64,000 bases of DNA from Minisyncoccota bacterium (GTDB lineage: Bacteria > Patescibacteriota > Minisyncoccia > Phycocordibacterales > CSBR16-119), in NCBI GenBank assembly GCA_041389065.1, contig JAWKSM010000001.1:9461-73460 (forward strand). The letters run 5' to 3'. The notes under the pieces are model-generated. The model did no database searches, was not told where the DNA came from, and worked only from the letters and a program-made list of their open reading frames with translations. The translations under genes and the position numbers were made by a program. The number at the start of each line of letters is the position of its first letter. The stretch's first letter is position 1. Positions 9,008 to 16,947 of this stretch are shown one piece after another.

Positions 9008-9358
9008 TTAGAAGTTTAATCCAGCCTCTCGAGCGCTGTCAGCTAAAAGTTTAATTCGACCTGTATAATTAAAACCATTTCTATCAAAAACGATTTCTTT
9101 TATTTTCATTCCAAGTGCACCTTCTGCGATAATTTTACCAACAGAAGAAGCTCTTTCTTTCTTTGTACCTTTAATACCTTTTACGTCAGACGCAGAAATT
9201 AAAGTCTTTCCAGAGTTGTCATCGATAAGCTGAGCGTAAATGTTTTTGTTTGATTTATAAACAGAAAGTCTAGGTCTAGAAGATGTACCAGATACTTTTG
9301 ATCGTATCTTTCTTTTTATTCTAGCTCTTTTTTCTGTTTTAGGATTTTTTGATTTCAT
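9008..9358 (-). CDS. rplR: 50S ribosomal protein L18 (uL18)
   Basis: 116 aa; PRLSVYKSNKNIYAQLIDD and FDRNGFNYTGRIKLLADSAREAGL motifs. Confidence 0.95.
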   Translation of the reverse strand: MKSKNPKTEKRARIKRKIRSKVSGTSSRPRLSVYKSNKNIYAQLIDDNSGKTLISASDVKGIKGTKKERASSVGKIIAEGALGMKIKEIVFDRNGFNYTGRIKLLADSAREAGLNF

Positions 9359-9375
9359 AATACTAAAATAAAATA

Positions 9376-9912
9376 TTAAGCAGACTTCTTACCTTGCTTT
9401 CTTCTAATAAATTCACCGTCATATCTAATACCCTTTCCTTTGTAAGGTTCAGGTTTTTTGTAATCTCTAATTTTCGCAGAGAAAAGACCAACAAGCTCTT
9501 TGTCGATACCAGAAATTGTCATTGTACTTTTTTCTGTTGTAACAGTTAGTCCTTCTGGGATTGGCACCAAAACTTCGTGAGAAAATCCAAGTGACATTTT
9601 TACATTCTTTCCAGAAACTTCCCATTTATAACCAACTCCTTCCACAAGCAATTTCTTTTCAAATCCTTCGTTAACTCCCTTTATCATGTTTTTAACATGA
9701 GAAGCATAAGTTCCCCAAAGTGCTTTCGCAAAATTTGAATCTTTTTGTGGAGCAAATGTTATTTCGCTGCCGTTAATATTAACCACAACAACATCTGTCT
9801 TTAAATCTTTTTTAAGTTCTCCCTTTTTTCCTTTTACAGTAATTACACCACCAGCAAGATTAACATCTGTGCCATTTGGTATTTCTACTATTTGTTTTCC
9901 TACTCTAGACAT
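9376..9912 (-). CDS. rplF: 50S ribosomal protein L6 (uL6)
   Basis: 178 aa; MSRVGKQIVEIP... and YKGKGIRY motifs; operon order. Confidence 0.95.
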   Translation of the reverse strand: MSRVGKQIVEIPNGTDVNLAGGVITVKGKKGELKKDLKTDVVVVNINGSEITFAPQKDSNFAKALWGTYASHVKNMIKGVNEGFEKKLLVEGVGYKWEVSGKNVKMSLGFSHEVLVPIPEGLTVTTEKSTMTISGIDKELVGLFSAKIRDYKKPEPYKGKGIRYDGEFIRRKQGKKSA

Positions 9913-9921
9913 AAAATATAA

Positions 9922-10311
9922 TTACCAAATTTTAAATAATGCTTCTCCGCCGACCAACTCTTTTCGAGCTTCATCACCTGTTAGAACACCTTTTGGTGTT
10001 GAAACAACAAGCAAACCAGCGCCGTTTTTAACAGGTCTGATTTCTTTTGCTTTTATATAAATTCTTCTTGAAGGTTTTGAGATTCTTTCCACGTTTGTAA
10101 CTTTTGGAAGTCTTCCTTCATAAGAAATAGATATTTCAAGAACAGGTTTGTTTTTCTTGTCTGTCTTCTTTGCAATAGTGCCTACGTAATTTTGTTTAGA
10201 AAGACATTCTGCAACTGCATGTCGCAAGTTTGAATAAGGAAGTACAACACTCGCTTTTGATGCTCGTCCTGCATTCTTTATTGTTATTAACATTTCTCCG
10301 ATTTTATCCAT
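9922..10311 (-). CDS. rpsH: 30S ribosomal protein S8 (uS8)
   Basis: 129 aa; DKIGEMLITIKNA and GGEALFKIW termini typical of S8. Confidence 0.95.
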   Translation of the reverse strand: MDKIGEMLITIKNAGRASKASVVLPYSNLRHAVAECLSKQNYVGTIAKKTDKKNKPVLEISISYEGRLPKVTNVERISKPSRRIYIKAKEIRPVKNGAGLLVVSTPKGVLTGDEARKELVGGEALFKIW

Positions 10312-10323
10312 AAAATTTGTAGA

Positions 10324-10593
10324 TTACCAAGAAGATTTTCTAATACCTGGAATTTCTCCTTCATTTGCCAATTCTCGAAACTTGATTCGAGAAAGACCAA
10401 AATCACGAAGAAAACCTTTTCCTCGACCTGTTGCCACGCATCTATTTTTTAGTCTCGATGATGAAGAATTCTTTGGAAGTTTTTGCAAAGCTTCAAAATC
10501 ACCAGAGGCTTTTAGTTCTGCTCGTTTTTTAGCAAATTTTGCGTGAAGTTTTACGCGTTTTGCTTGTCGAGCCAAGACTGATCTTTTTGCCAT
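10324..10593 (-). CDS. rpsN: 30S ribosomal protein S14 (uS14), long form
   Basis: Start re-assigned to the internal ATG at 10593 ([20 protein letters not shown]...GIRKSSW, 89 aa). The 39-codon upstream extension in the track has no S14 similarity. Confidence 0.9.
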   Translation of the reverse strand: MAKRSVLARQAKRVKLHAKFAKKRAELKASGDFEALQKLPKNSSSSRLKNRCVATGRGKGFLRDFGLSRIKFRELANEGEIPGIRKSSW

Positions 10594-10749
10594 ATTCTGA
10601 TCTAAACCAAAAGCAAGCTTTTGGTTGTTATTTATAAAAGAAACTGCAATATCTCGTGTTTTTACTTGTATTTTCGAGCCAAATGGCCAGAAAAACACAA
10701 GGAGAAACACGGATTAAACAGGATCTATCAGCTTTTTGCTGATGTTTGT

Positions 10750-10777
10750 ATATTAACAAAAAGGACTAAAAAGTCAA
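10750..10777 (-). promoter_or_regulatory. Sigma70-like promoter, TTGACT-16-TAATAT, re-starting transcription into rpsN
   Basis: Minus strand reads TTGACTTTTTAGTCCTTTTTGTTAATAT. It lies 9 nt outside the 5' hairpin of element copy 2. Confidence 0.45.
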
Positions 10778-10785
10778 TGGGCCTC

Positions 10786-10925
10786 CTTACTTTTTCATTA
10801 CCAAAAAGTAAGCAAAAGGCTAGACCCACACATACCACCTAAAAATAATAGATTTTAAGCTAAGAAAATGATGAACTCGCCCCGCAAAGAAGTGTTTAAT
10901 ACACTTCTTTGCGGGGCTCAAACAG
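10786..10925 (+). repeat. TCAAACAG-loop structured element, copy 2 (5' part only, interrupted)
   Basis: CTTACTTTTT..AAAAAGTAAG hairpin, CTAGACCCACAC motif, then AAAATAATAGATTTTAAGCTAAGAAAATGATG-AACTC-GCCCCGCAAAGAAGTGT-TTAA-TACACTTCTTTGCGGGGC-TCAAACAG. The 3' arm of the outer stem is missing, and Asd-like coding sequence starts at 10926. Confidence 0.7.
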
Positions 10926-11831
10926 GGTGGTTTCAATAGAGACCGGGTCAGAGTCTCTGGATCTTCTCGAAGGGGTGGGCTTACAACCGTTGGAGAACTC
11001 TTGAGCGAACCCCCAAACTTTATTTTGTCTGCCCTACCAGCCAAAGCTGCAAAGGAGATACTTCCTGAGTTTTCTGCAAGAGGCTCAATCGTTATCGATA
11101 AATCCGATGCATTCAGAATGCAGGAAGAGCCGGCTATTAAGTTGATCGTGCCTGAAGTAAATGGGCATTTACTGATAGGAGATGAAAGGATCGTTGCAAG
11201 TCCAAACTGCACAACCACACAACTTGTTGTTGCAATTAATCCCCTTCACAAGGAACTTAGGTTGTCCTCGCTTCACGTTACAACCTTTCAATCTGCAAGC
11301 GGGGCTGGGAAAGAAGGGTCTGAACAACTGCGCAAAGAGTCTCTGCGAATACCCGTTCCGAAAACTGAAATGGTTTTTCGACCACAGCTTTTCAGGAACG
11401 TGGTTCCAGTTTGCGGAAGTATCACAGGAAGCGGTGAAAGTACCGAGGAGCTAAAGATCAAAATGGAAACCAGAAAGATCATGGAGCTCCCCGACCTTCC
11501 GGTCTATGCAACATCGACAAGGGTTGCTGTTGAAAGATCGCACTCAATGTCTGTAGTTGCGAGATTTGAAAAGCCAACAACAGCAGCTTCTGTGATGGAA
11601 ATACTATCTCGAGAAGGTACTGGGGTTGAAATACCCTGTGACAACAGTGAGTATTTCACCGCCTTAGAAGCCTCTGGAGAAAACCTGGTCTATGTTAGCA
11701 GAATTCGCGTAGACAAAGATGATCCAAGAATTGTGAGCCTTTGGGTTGTTGCCGACAACCTAAGAAAAGGTGCGGCACTCAACGCTTGGCAAATAATGAA
11801 AATAATAATGAATCGCAAAGGGTGGTCCTAA
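10926..11831 (+). pseudogene. asd: Aspartate-semialdehyde dehydrogenase, 5'-truncated (no Rossmann GxxGxxG segment, no start codon)
   Basis: Translation shows Asd blocks: VSGSSRRGG, VIDKSDAFRM, LIVPEVN, active-site SPNCTTT, QSASGAG, VERSHS, ADNLRKGAALNA. Similarity continues upstream of the track's TTG start (11001) to about 10926 without any start codon. About 30 N-terminal residues are absent. GC is clearly higher than the host's. Confidence 0.8.
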
Positions 11832-11841
11832 CAGGACCACC
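11821..11841 (+). terminator. Hairpin spanning the asd stop codon
   Basis: GGTGGTCC-taaca-GGACCACC followed by CAATTTTATT. It probably travelled with the asd fragment. Confidence 0.4.
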
Positions 11842-11857
11842 CAATTTTATTAAAAAC

Positions 11858-11881
11858 AAAAACCACCTCTCGGTGGTTTTT
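11858..11881. terminator. Bidirectional intrinsic terminator directly after rplE
   Basis: AAAAACCACC-tctc-GGTGGTTTTT with flanking A- and T-runs, 10 nt from the rplE stop (11891). On the minus strand it would end the transcript inside the spc operon. Confidence 0.6.
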
Positions 11882-11890
11882 GTTTTTGAA

Positions 11891-12457
11891 TTATTTCTTC
11901 TTTTTCTTTGGTTCTGAGACTTTTTTAAATGGCATTCCGATGTGATCAAACAAAGCTTTTGCTTCTGCTTTTGTTTTTGCTGTAGTTGCAATAGTTACCG
12001 CCATTCCGAAAACATCTTTCAATTCTTCATCACCTGTTTCTGGGAAAATAGTGTGTTCGCGAACTCCAAGAGTTAGGTTTCCAATATTGTCGATAATTTT
12101 TGAATCAACTCCTCGGAAGTCTTTTGTTCGTGGAAGAGCAATGTTTATCAGCTTATCAATAAAAGAATACATTTTTTCTCCTCGAAGCGTTACCATCATA
12201 CCGATTGGCTCACCTTGTCTAACTTTGAATTGAGCGATAGATTTCTTTGCTTGTCGCATTGCTGGTTTTTGACCAGTGATTTTTGCAATTCTGTCTGCGA
12301 TAAAAGTGTTTTTGTTTTTATCGTTTCGCATTTTTGAACCAGTTCCCACAGAAATAACCACCTTTGTGATTTTTGGAGCGGCCATAGAATTTTTATAGCC
12401 AAACTCTCCTTTCAAGGCGTTATACGAATCTTTAATTTTTTCTTTTACTGTTTTCAT
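11891..12457 (-). CDS. rplE: 50S ribosomal protein L5 (uL5)
   Basis: 188 aa; conserved L5 blocks (PKITKVVISVGTG, MVTLRGEKMYSFIDKLI). Confidence 0.95.
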   Translation of the reverse strand: MKTVKEKIKDSYNALKGEFGYKNSMAAPKITKVVISVGTGSKMRNDKNKNTFIADRIAKITGQKPAMRQAKKSIAQFKVRQGEPIGMMVTLRGEKMYSFIDKLINIALPRTKDFRGVDSKIIDNIGNLTLGVREHTIFPETGDEELKDVFGMAVTIATTAKTKAEAKALFDHIGMPFKKVSEPKKKKK

Positions 12458-12484
12458 AATATTTATGTGGGTTATATAACAAAA

Positions 12485-12730
12485 CTATTTCTTTGATTTT
12501 GCTGTCTTTTTTGGTGCGTCAGCAAGTTTTACGTTTGAAATATGGATAGCAGCAGGAATTTCGATAATTTGTCCTGGTTGCTTTGTTCCTTTTGCTTTAG
12601 TGTGTCGCTTTTTTATTGCAATACCTTCTACAATAACTTTTGACTCAGCACTTAAAACGCGAAGAACTTTTCCCTTCTTACCTTTATCACTTCCTGTGAT
12701 AACTATTACGTTGTCGTTTTTCTTAATCAT
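12485..12730 (-). CDS. rplX: 50S ribosomal protein L24 (uL24)
   Basis: 81 aa; KKNDNVIVITGSDKGKKGKVLRV KOW motif. Confidence 0.95.
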   Translation of the reverse strand: MIKKNDNVIVITGSDKGKKGKVLRVLSAESKVIVEGIAIKKRHTKAKGTKQPGQIIEIPAAIHISNVKLADAPKKTAKSKK

Positions 12731-12734
12731 AAAA

Positions 12735-13106
12735 TTATAGTACTTCAGGTGCTAAAGAAACAATTTTTTGGTATCCAAGTTCACCAATTTCTCTTGGAAT
12801 AGGACCAAAGATTCTACCCGCTTTTGGTTCTTTCTTTCCTTTATCGATAATAACAACTGCGTTGTCATCAAAACTGATATAAGAACCATCCTTTCTTCTG
12901 AAAGGTTTTCGTTGTCTTACAACAACAGCGTGGTGAACATCTTTTTTCTTGATCATTTTTCGAGGTTCTGCCGACTTTATAGAAATAACAACCAAGTCGC
13001 CGATTTCTGCATATCGTCTTTTTGAACCACCAAGCACTTTGAAAACTTTGGCGTCTTTACCACCTCCGTTGTCTGTTACTTTTACATTTGAGCCATCTTG
13101 TATCAT
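12735..13106 (-). CDS. rplN: 50S ribosomal protein L14 (uL14)
   Basis: 123 aa; MIQDGSNVKVTDNGG...LAPEVL. Confidence 0.95.
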   Translation of the reverse strand: MIQDGSNVKVTDNGGGKDAKVFKVLGGSKRRYAEIGDLVVISIKSAEPRKMIKKKDVHHAVVVRQRKPFRRKDGSYISFDDNAVVIIDKGKKEPKAGRIFGPIPREIGELGYQKIVSLAPEVL

Positions 13107-13116
13107 AAAATTATTG

Positions 13117-13368
13117 TTATTTCTTTATAACAAATCTCTTTGTTTTAGAGATTGGTCGTACTTCTTGTATTTCGACCTTATCGCCCACAGCCGCTGAATT
13201 TAGTTCATCATGAACTTGATATTTCTTATCTTTCTTGAAGAACTTGTGATATTTAGGGTGCTTAACGAATCGTGCAACAGAAACAACCGCAGTCTTGTCG
13301 TTCTTTGTTCCCACGACAACTCCGCGCAATATCTTTGGATTTTTAGTTTTTGTATCTGTTGTTTTCAT
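13117..13368 (-). CDS. rpsQ: 30S ribosomal protein S17 (uS17)
   Basis: 83 aa; LRGVVVGTKNDKTAVVSV...HPKYHKF motif. Confidence 0.95.
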   Translation of the reverse strand: MKTTDTKTKNPKILRGVVVGTKNDKTAVVSVARFVKHPKYHKFFKKDKKYQVHDELNSAAVGDKVEIQEVRPISKTKRFVIKK

Positions 13369-13375
13369 ATTTAAA

Positions 13376-13567
13376 TTATTTACTTAATTCTCTTTTTTTG
13401 ATTTCAGTCAAAATTTTTGAAATGTCTCTTTTAAGATTTGATTGCTTTTTCGTATCTTTGTTTCCTCCGTGCGAAAAAGTAAATTTAATCTTTTGGAGAT
13501 CAGCTCGTCTGCTTTGCAGTTCTTTTGCGAGCTCATCGTTTTTCATTTTGCTAAAATCTTTTCTCAT
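13376..13567 (-). CDS. rpmC: 50S ribosomal protein L29 (uL29)
   Basis: 63 aa; small helical K/E-rich protein in the L16-L29-S17 position. Confidence 0.9.
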   Translation of the reverse strand: MRKDFSKMKNDELAKELQSRRADLQKIKFTFSHGGNKDTKKQSNLKRDISKILTEIKKRELSK

Positions 13568-13568
13568 A

Positions 13569-13997
13569 TTATTTATGTTCTCTTGAAACTATTCTTGTCT
13601 TAACAGGTAGTTTTGTTCCAGCTTTTCGAAGCGCTTCTCTTGAAACAGTTTCTGAAACTCCATCTACTTCAAAGATCATTCTTCCTGGTCTCACCTCAAA
13701 GCAATATCCTTTAAGGTCTCCTTTACCCTTACCCATACCAACTTCAGCAGCCTTTGCAGTTATTGGTCTATCTGGGAAAATTCTGATCCAAATCTTTCCA
13801 ACCTTTGTCAGCTCTCTTACAAGTGCTTTTCTGGCTGATTCGATTTGATTTGAAGTGATTCGTGAAGGAGATTCTGCCTTAAGACCATATGAACCAAAGG
13901 CAAGAGTAATACCTCTTGTATCAGGTCGCAAAAGTCGCGCAGGATTCTTTCTGCCTCTTTGCCATTTTCTGAATTTTACTTTCTTTGGAAATAACAT
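13569..13997 (-). CDS. rplP: 50S ribosomal protein L16 (uL16)
   Basis: 142 aa; MLFPKKVKFRKWQRGR... typical N-terminus. Confidence 0.95.
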   Translation of the reverse strand: MLFPKKVKFRKWQRGRKNPARLLRPDTRGITLAFGSYGLKAESPSRITSNQIESARKALVRELTKVGKIWIRIFPDRPITAKAAEVGMGKGKGDLKGYCFEVRPGRMIFEVDGVSETVSREALRKAGTKLPVKTRIVSREHK

Positions 13998-14007
13998 GGT
14001 AATTTAA

Positions 14008-14673
14008 TTATTTTTTATCTTTATCAAAAACTTCTCCTTTGTAAATCCAAACTTTGATACCGATAACACCGTATGACATATTAGCTCTCTCACGAGCAAA
14101 GTCAACATCGGCTCTAAAAGTCTGAAGAGGAATACTTCCCTTCTTTACATATTCTGTTCTCGCCATATCAGCACCGTTTAGACGACCTCCAATAAGGATT
14201 CTAGCTCCTTTTACTTCTCTAACAGCCATAACTTTTTCAAGTGTTTGCTTTAGAACTCTTCGGAAAGGTAATCTTTTTTCAAGACCTTCTACAATAGAAA
14301 GCGCAACGATCTTTGCATCAGCGTCTGGATTTGAAACTTCAACAATATCGACTTTCAGATCTTCTGGAATAGCAATATCGTTCTTTCTCATCATTTTTAG
14401 AAGATCATCTTTTAGTTTTTTAGCACCTTCACCTTGTCGGCCGATAATAACACCAGGTCGTGATGTTTTGATTATTACTCTGATACCGTTTCGACTTCTT
14501 TCAATTTCAATAACAGAAACAAAAGAGCCTTTTAGTTTCTTCATCAAATATTCTTTAATGAAAATATCTGCTCTCAAAAAGTCTGAGTATTTTTTATCAG
14601 TAGCAAACCATCGAGATTTCCAATCTCTAAGTATTACCATTCTATGTGAATATGGGTGAACTTTCTTTGACAT
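14008..14673 (-). CDS. rpsC: 30S ribosomal protein S3 (uS3)
   Basis: 221 aa; KVHPYSHRMVILRDWKSRWF and KH-domain GRQGEG motif. Confidence 0.95.
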   Translation of the reverse strand: MSKKVHPYSHRMVILRDWKSRWFATDKKYSDFLRADIFIKEYLMKKLKGSFVSVIEIERSRNGIRVIIKTSRPGVIIGRQGEGAKKLKDDLLKMMRKNDIAIPEDLKVDIVEVSNPDADAKIVALSIVEGLEKRLPFRRVLKQTLEKVMAVREVKGARILIGGRLNGADMARTEYVKKGSIPLQTFRADVDFARERANMSYGVIGIKVWIYKGEVFDKDKK

Positions 14674-14676
14674 AAA

Positions 14677-15132
14677 TTATTTATTATCCGCCTTTGGCGC
14701 TACTTTTTTAACAGTTTTTTTTGCGACCTTTTTCTTTGCTGGTGCCTTCTTTTCTGTGTTTTCAACCGGCTTTTCAACCTTTTTTGAATTCTTTTTTGAC
14801 TTCATCAAAGAAGCGTCGGCCAAAGTAACTACAATATTACTTGTTCTTTTGTTGATTCGGTAAGCTGAACCTCTTGCTCGTGGTCGGTATCTTTTTAGAG
14901 TAACACCTTGGTTGATTTCAATATTTTGAACGAAAAGTTCTTGATTTGCATCAAAATTTTCTTTTGCGTTTGAGGCTGCAGAAGCTATTAGTTTTTCGAT
15001 AACTTCAGTTGCTCGTTTTGGCATGAATTTAAGCTTTAGAAGAGCTTCTTCTACTTTTTTACCTTTAACAGAGTCAGCCACTAGGCGAACTTTTCTAGGA
15101 GATTGTCTGTAATTTTTTAATATTGCTTTCAT
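14677..15132 (-). CDS. rplV: 50S ribosomal protein L22 (uL22) with Lys-rich C-terminal tail
   Basis: 151 aa; YRQSPRKVRLVADSVKGK, RPRARGSAYRINKRTSNI. Confidence 0.95.
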   Translation of the reverse strand: MKAILKNYRQSPRKVRLVADSVKGKKVEEALLKLKFMPKRATEVIEKLIASAASNAKENFDANQELFVQNIEINQGVTLKRYRPRARGSAYRINKRTSNIVVTLADASLMKSKKNSKKVEKPVENTEKKAPAKKKVAKKTVKKVAPKADNK

Positions 15133-15152
15133 ACAAATATAAATAGAGATTA

Positions 15153-15497
15153 TTATTTCTTAGCTGATGAAGCTGCTGTTTTAGCTGCTTGTGCTGCTGC
15201 AATTTCAGATTCTTTCTTCTTTTGCTCAAGCTCTTTCATAAGCTTACCTCCGTGTCTGTGGAAAGTTCTTGTAGGAGAAAATTCTCCAAGTCTGTGACCA
15301 ACCATGTCTTCAGAAACAAGAACTTCAATGTGCTTTCGACCATTGTGAACACCAAAGATAAAACCAACCATTTCTGGCGCAATCTGAGAAGATCTTGCCC
15401 AAGTCTTAATAACCCCAGTTTCTTGAGGTTTTTTTCCAGCTATCTTTTTAAGTAGCTTTACGTCTACGTATGGACCTTTTTTAAGTGATCTTGTCAT
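15153..15497 (-). CDS. rpsS: 30S ribosomal protein S19 (uS19)
   Basis: 114 aa; [12 protein letters not shown]...HNGRKH...[13 protein letters not shown]. Confidence 0.95.
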   Translation of the reverse strand: MTRSLKKGPYVDVKLLKKIAGKKPQETGVIKTWARSSQIAPEMVGFIFGVHNGRKHIEVLVSEDMVGHRLGEFSPTRTFHRHGGKLMKELEQKKKESEIAAAQAAKTAASSAKK

Positions 15498-15504
15498 AAT
15501 TTAA

Positions 15505-15600
15505 ATGATTAGAATCGAACCTGTCCGAACGGACTTCGTCCGGGCGGGTACATGGCTAGGTCGTGTATCCAAGGCATAGCCTTAGGGTTCACCGCCATCT
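15505..15600 (-). promoter_or_regulatory. GC-rich structured leader immediately upstream of rpsS (function unknown)
   Basis: Minus strand contains a CUAAGGC-UAU-GCCUUGG hairpin (15585-15569), an enclosing GGCGG/CCGCC pairing, and three segments CGGAC-gaa-GUCCG-uu-CGGAC (15542-15523). The middle segment can pair with either neighbour. It is much GC-richer than its surroundings. It contains a GGTTCGATTC T-loop-like string, but no tRNA cloverleaf can be drawn. Confidence 0.4.
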
Positions 15601-15652
15601 CTATATTTAGTTTAATTAGGTAAAAAAATTCCAGCCAAAACTGGATTTGCCT

Positions 15653-15681
15653 ATACTATCAGATAGGGGTTTTGTTGTCAA
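15653..15681 (-). promoter_or_regulatory. Sigma70-like promoter, TTGACA-17-TAGTAT, re-starting transcription into rpsS
   Basis: Minus strand reads TTGACAACAAAACCCCTATCTGATAGTAT, 15 nt outside the 5' hairpin of element copy 3. It is followed by a small CCAG..CTGG hairpin plus a T-run (15644-15621). Confidence 0.45.
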
Positions 15682-15695
15682 ACGATTTTAGACAT

Positions 15696-15916
15696 GTCAC
15701 TTTTTTCTTAGCAAAAAAGTGACCAAAAAGCCAAGACGCAGAAAAATCTAGCTAAAAACACAGGCTTTTTGTTGAGAAAACTGTGAACTCGCTTTTAGCT
15801 CAAACAGCACAGCTTTTCTAGAACAAAAAGCCTGTGTTTTCTTTACGCTATATTTTAAGCGTCGAAAGATTTTAATTTAAAACGAAGCCCCGCACCTTAC
15901 GGCGCGGTCTCAAAAT
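15696..15916 (+). repeat. TCAAACAG-loop structured element, copy 3 (full length, short inner stem)
   Basis: GTCACTTTTTT..AAAAAAGTGAC hairpin, CAAAAAGCCAAGACGCAG, then the long hairpin AACACAGGCTTTTTGTTGAGAAAACTGTG-AACTC-GCT-ttt-AGC-TCAAACAG-CACAGCTTTTCTAGAACAAAAAGCCTGTGTT. The tail is ACGCTATATTTTAAGCGTCGAAAGATTTTAATTTAAAACG. A GCCCCGCACC..GGCGCGG hairpin then follows, followed by CTCAAAAT. Confidence 0.7.
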
Positions 15917-15925
15917 AATAAAACT

Positions 15926-15953
15926 AGACCCCGCGACAGTTGTCGCGGGGTCT
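15926..15953 (-). terminator. Intrinsic terminator after the 120-aa ORF
   Basis: AGACCCCGCGACA-gt-TGTCGCGGGGTCT is a perfect 13-bp stem, 8 nt after the stop at 15961, with a T-rich run on the minus strand. Confidence 0.6.
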
Positions 15954-15960
15954 GATATGA

Positions 15961-16323
15961 CTACTGATTGCCGTTTTGGACAATCTTGTAGAAAAAAAGT
16001 GTGGTCTTGATGTACCCTGCTTCCCTTGGGTCGTGCACATACTTACTTGGATTTGTGTCACGTATATCACCAAAAACAATCTTCTCCACCAAAGCATTTA
16101 CGTGGGTTGCTCCGATATTCTTAGCCTTGGTCCCTGCAAAACGAATAATACTTGGATATGCAGACCACAAAAAGAAACTATTTCTGAAAACTGTCTCTTG
16201 TCGGACAGGCTCGTAAAATTCAAATCCAGAAAAACTATAGCCAAGTGAAATAACAATTTCTCCATCTACAAAAGGTTCTAGCTTAACTAAACCTTCTTTG
16301 TCTGAAGCGATTACTTTTATCAT
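15961..16323 (-). CDS. Hypothetical protein (120 aa), orphan inside the S10 operon
   Basis: Longest ORF in the segment, bracketed by hairpin terminators. No motif recognised. Slightly GC-richer than the r-protein genes, by eye. Confidence 0.55.
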   Translation of the reverse strand: MIKVIASDKEGLVKLEPFVDGEIVISLGYSFSGFEFYEPVRQETVFRNSFFLWSAYPSIIRFAGTKAKNIGATHVNALVEKIVFGDIRDTNPSKYVHDPREAGYIKTTLFFYKIVQNGNQ

Positions 16324-16378
16324 CTTCGGGAGGTTTTAATTAAAGATATGATATTTAAAATCTTTTGTCAAAAATGAA

Positions 16379-16403
16379 GAACCCCGACCATTGGCCGGGG
16401 TTC
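16379..16403 (-). terminator. Hairpin terminator after the 147-aa ORF
   Basis: GAACCCCG..CGGGGTTC stem located between the two orphan ORFs. Confidence 0.45.
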
Positions 16404-16423
16404 GAGGTGTGGTAGAAAGTTCA

Positions 16424-16867
16424 TCAATCAACGTCCGAGGAAACGTTTATTTCCCATGCAGAAGGTGCGCCACTAGGGAAAAATGCAATGAAGAAAGCAG
16501 ATAGTTTATTCCAGAAATTAGGGGTTGAAAACCTTCCTTCTGGAAAAAGGCTCCCGATTGTTGAAGACAAGTGCTTATCCCAGTTCTTCTGAAGGTTGAG
16601 GTGTCTCCTCAGCTCGTGAACAAGACGAGCATATTCTCCATTAACTTTACTTTTATCAATAACCATAAGATCGTCTATCAATGGATGCTCTCCACTTATA
16701 TCGAGTTTGAATTTCCTCACTGGACCAAGCTCATAGAGGAAGCGAAGCCAAAAAGTACAAAGCCATAGCGCAATTCGAGCACCAAAGTTTCCATGACCAA
16801 TCTTAAAGGTCTCAAGACTATAGCGAGCCTTTGCAAACCTGATATGTGATTTGTTTTTCTTTTCCAT
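16424..16867 (-). CDS. Hypothetical protein (147 aa), orphan inside the S10 operon
   Basis: Longest ORF in the segment; the overlapping plus-strand ORF is shorter. No motif recognised. Confidence 0.55.
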   Translation of the reverse strand: MEKKNKSHIRFAKARYSLETFKIGHGNFGARIALWLCTFWLRFLYELGPVRKFKLDISGEHPLIDDLMVIDKSKVNGEYARLVHELRRHLNLQKNWDKHLSSTIGSLFPEGRFSTPNFWNKLSAFFIAFFPSGAPSAWEINVSSDVD

Positions 16868-16916
16868 CTTAGTAAGGTTCTAGTGGTTTTAAATCAATCC
16901 TACAACATAAAAATAC

Positions 16917-16947
16917 AAAAAGCCAGGCCGCAAGGCCTGGCTTTTTG
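16917..16947 (-). terminator. Strong intrinsic terminator directly after rplB
   Basis: AAAAAGCCAGGCC-ttgc-GGCCTGGCTTTTT on the minus strand, about 40 nt after the rplB stop. This position is normally read through into rpsS. Confidence 0.65.

Noticed and set aside
10594-10710. N-terminal extensions given by the track for rpsN (10594-10710), rpsL (25316-25381), tpiA (33313-33390), the glycine-rich gene (36264-36335), the 214-aa coiled-coil gene (41358-41465), and smaller ones at 46987-47016, 53369-53425, 59548-59586, 59933-59950 and 62682-62705.
   Set aside because: In each case an internal ATG gives the conserved family N-terminus or a proper signal peptide. The extension overlaps a terminator or the neighbouring gene, or has no family similarity.
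10820-11218. 132-aa minus-strand ORF, and the track's TTG start at 11001 for the Asd-like ORF.
   Set aside because: The minus-strand ORF is antisense to clear Asd homology. Asd similarity continues upstream of 11001 without a start codon, so the locus is called a truncated pseudogene rather than a 276-aa CDS.
15505-15600. Possible minus-strand tRNA, tmRNA or RNase P fragment, because of the T-loop-like GGTTCGATTC string and the GAAGTCCG string.
   Set aside because: The bases flanking the putative T-loop (ACAGG / CTAAT) do not pair. The only anticodon-like hairpin has a 3-nt loop. No 7-bp acceptor stem can be drawn. Kept only as an unexplained structured leader.
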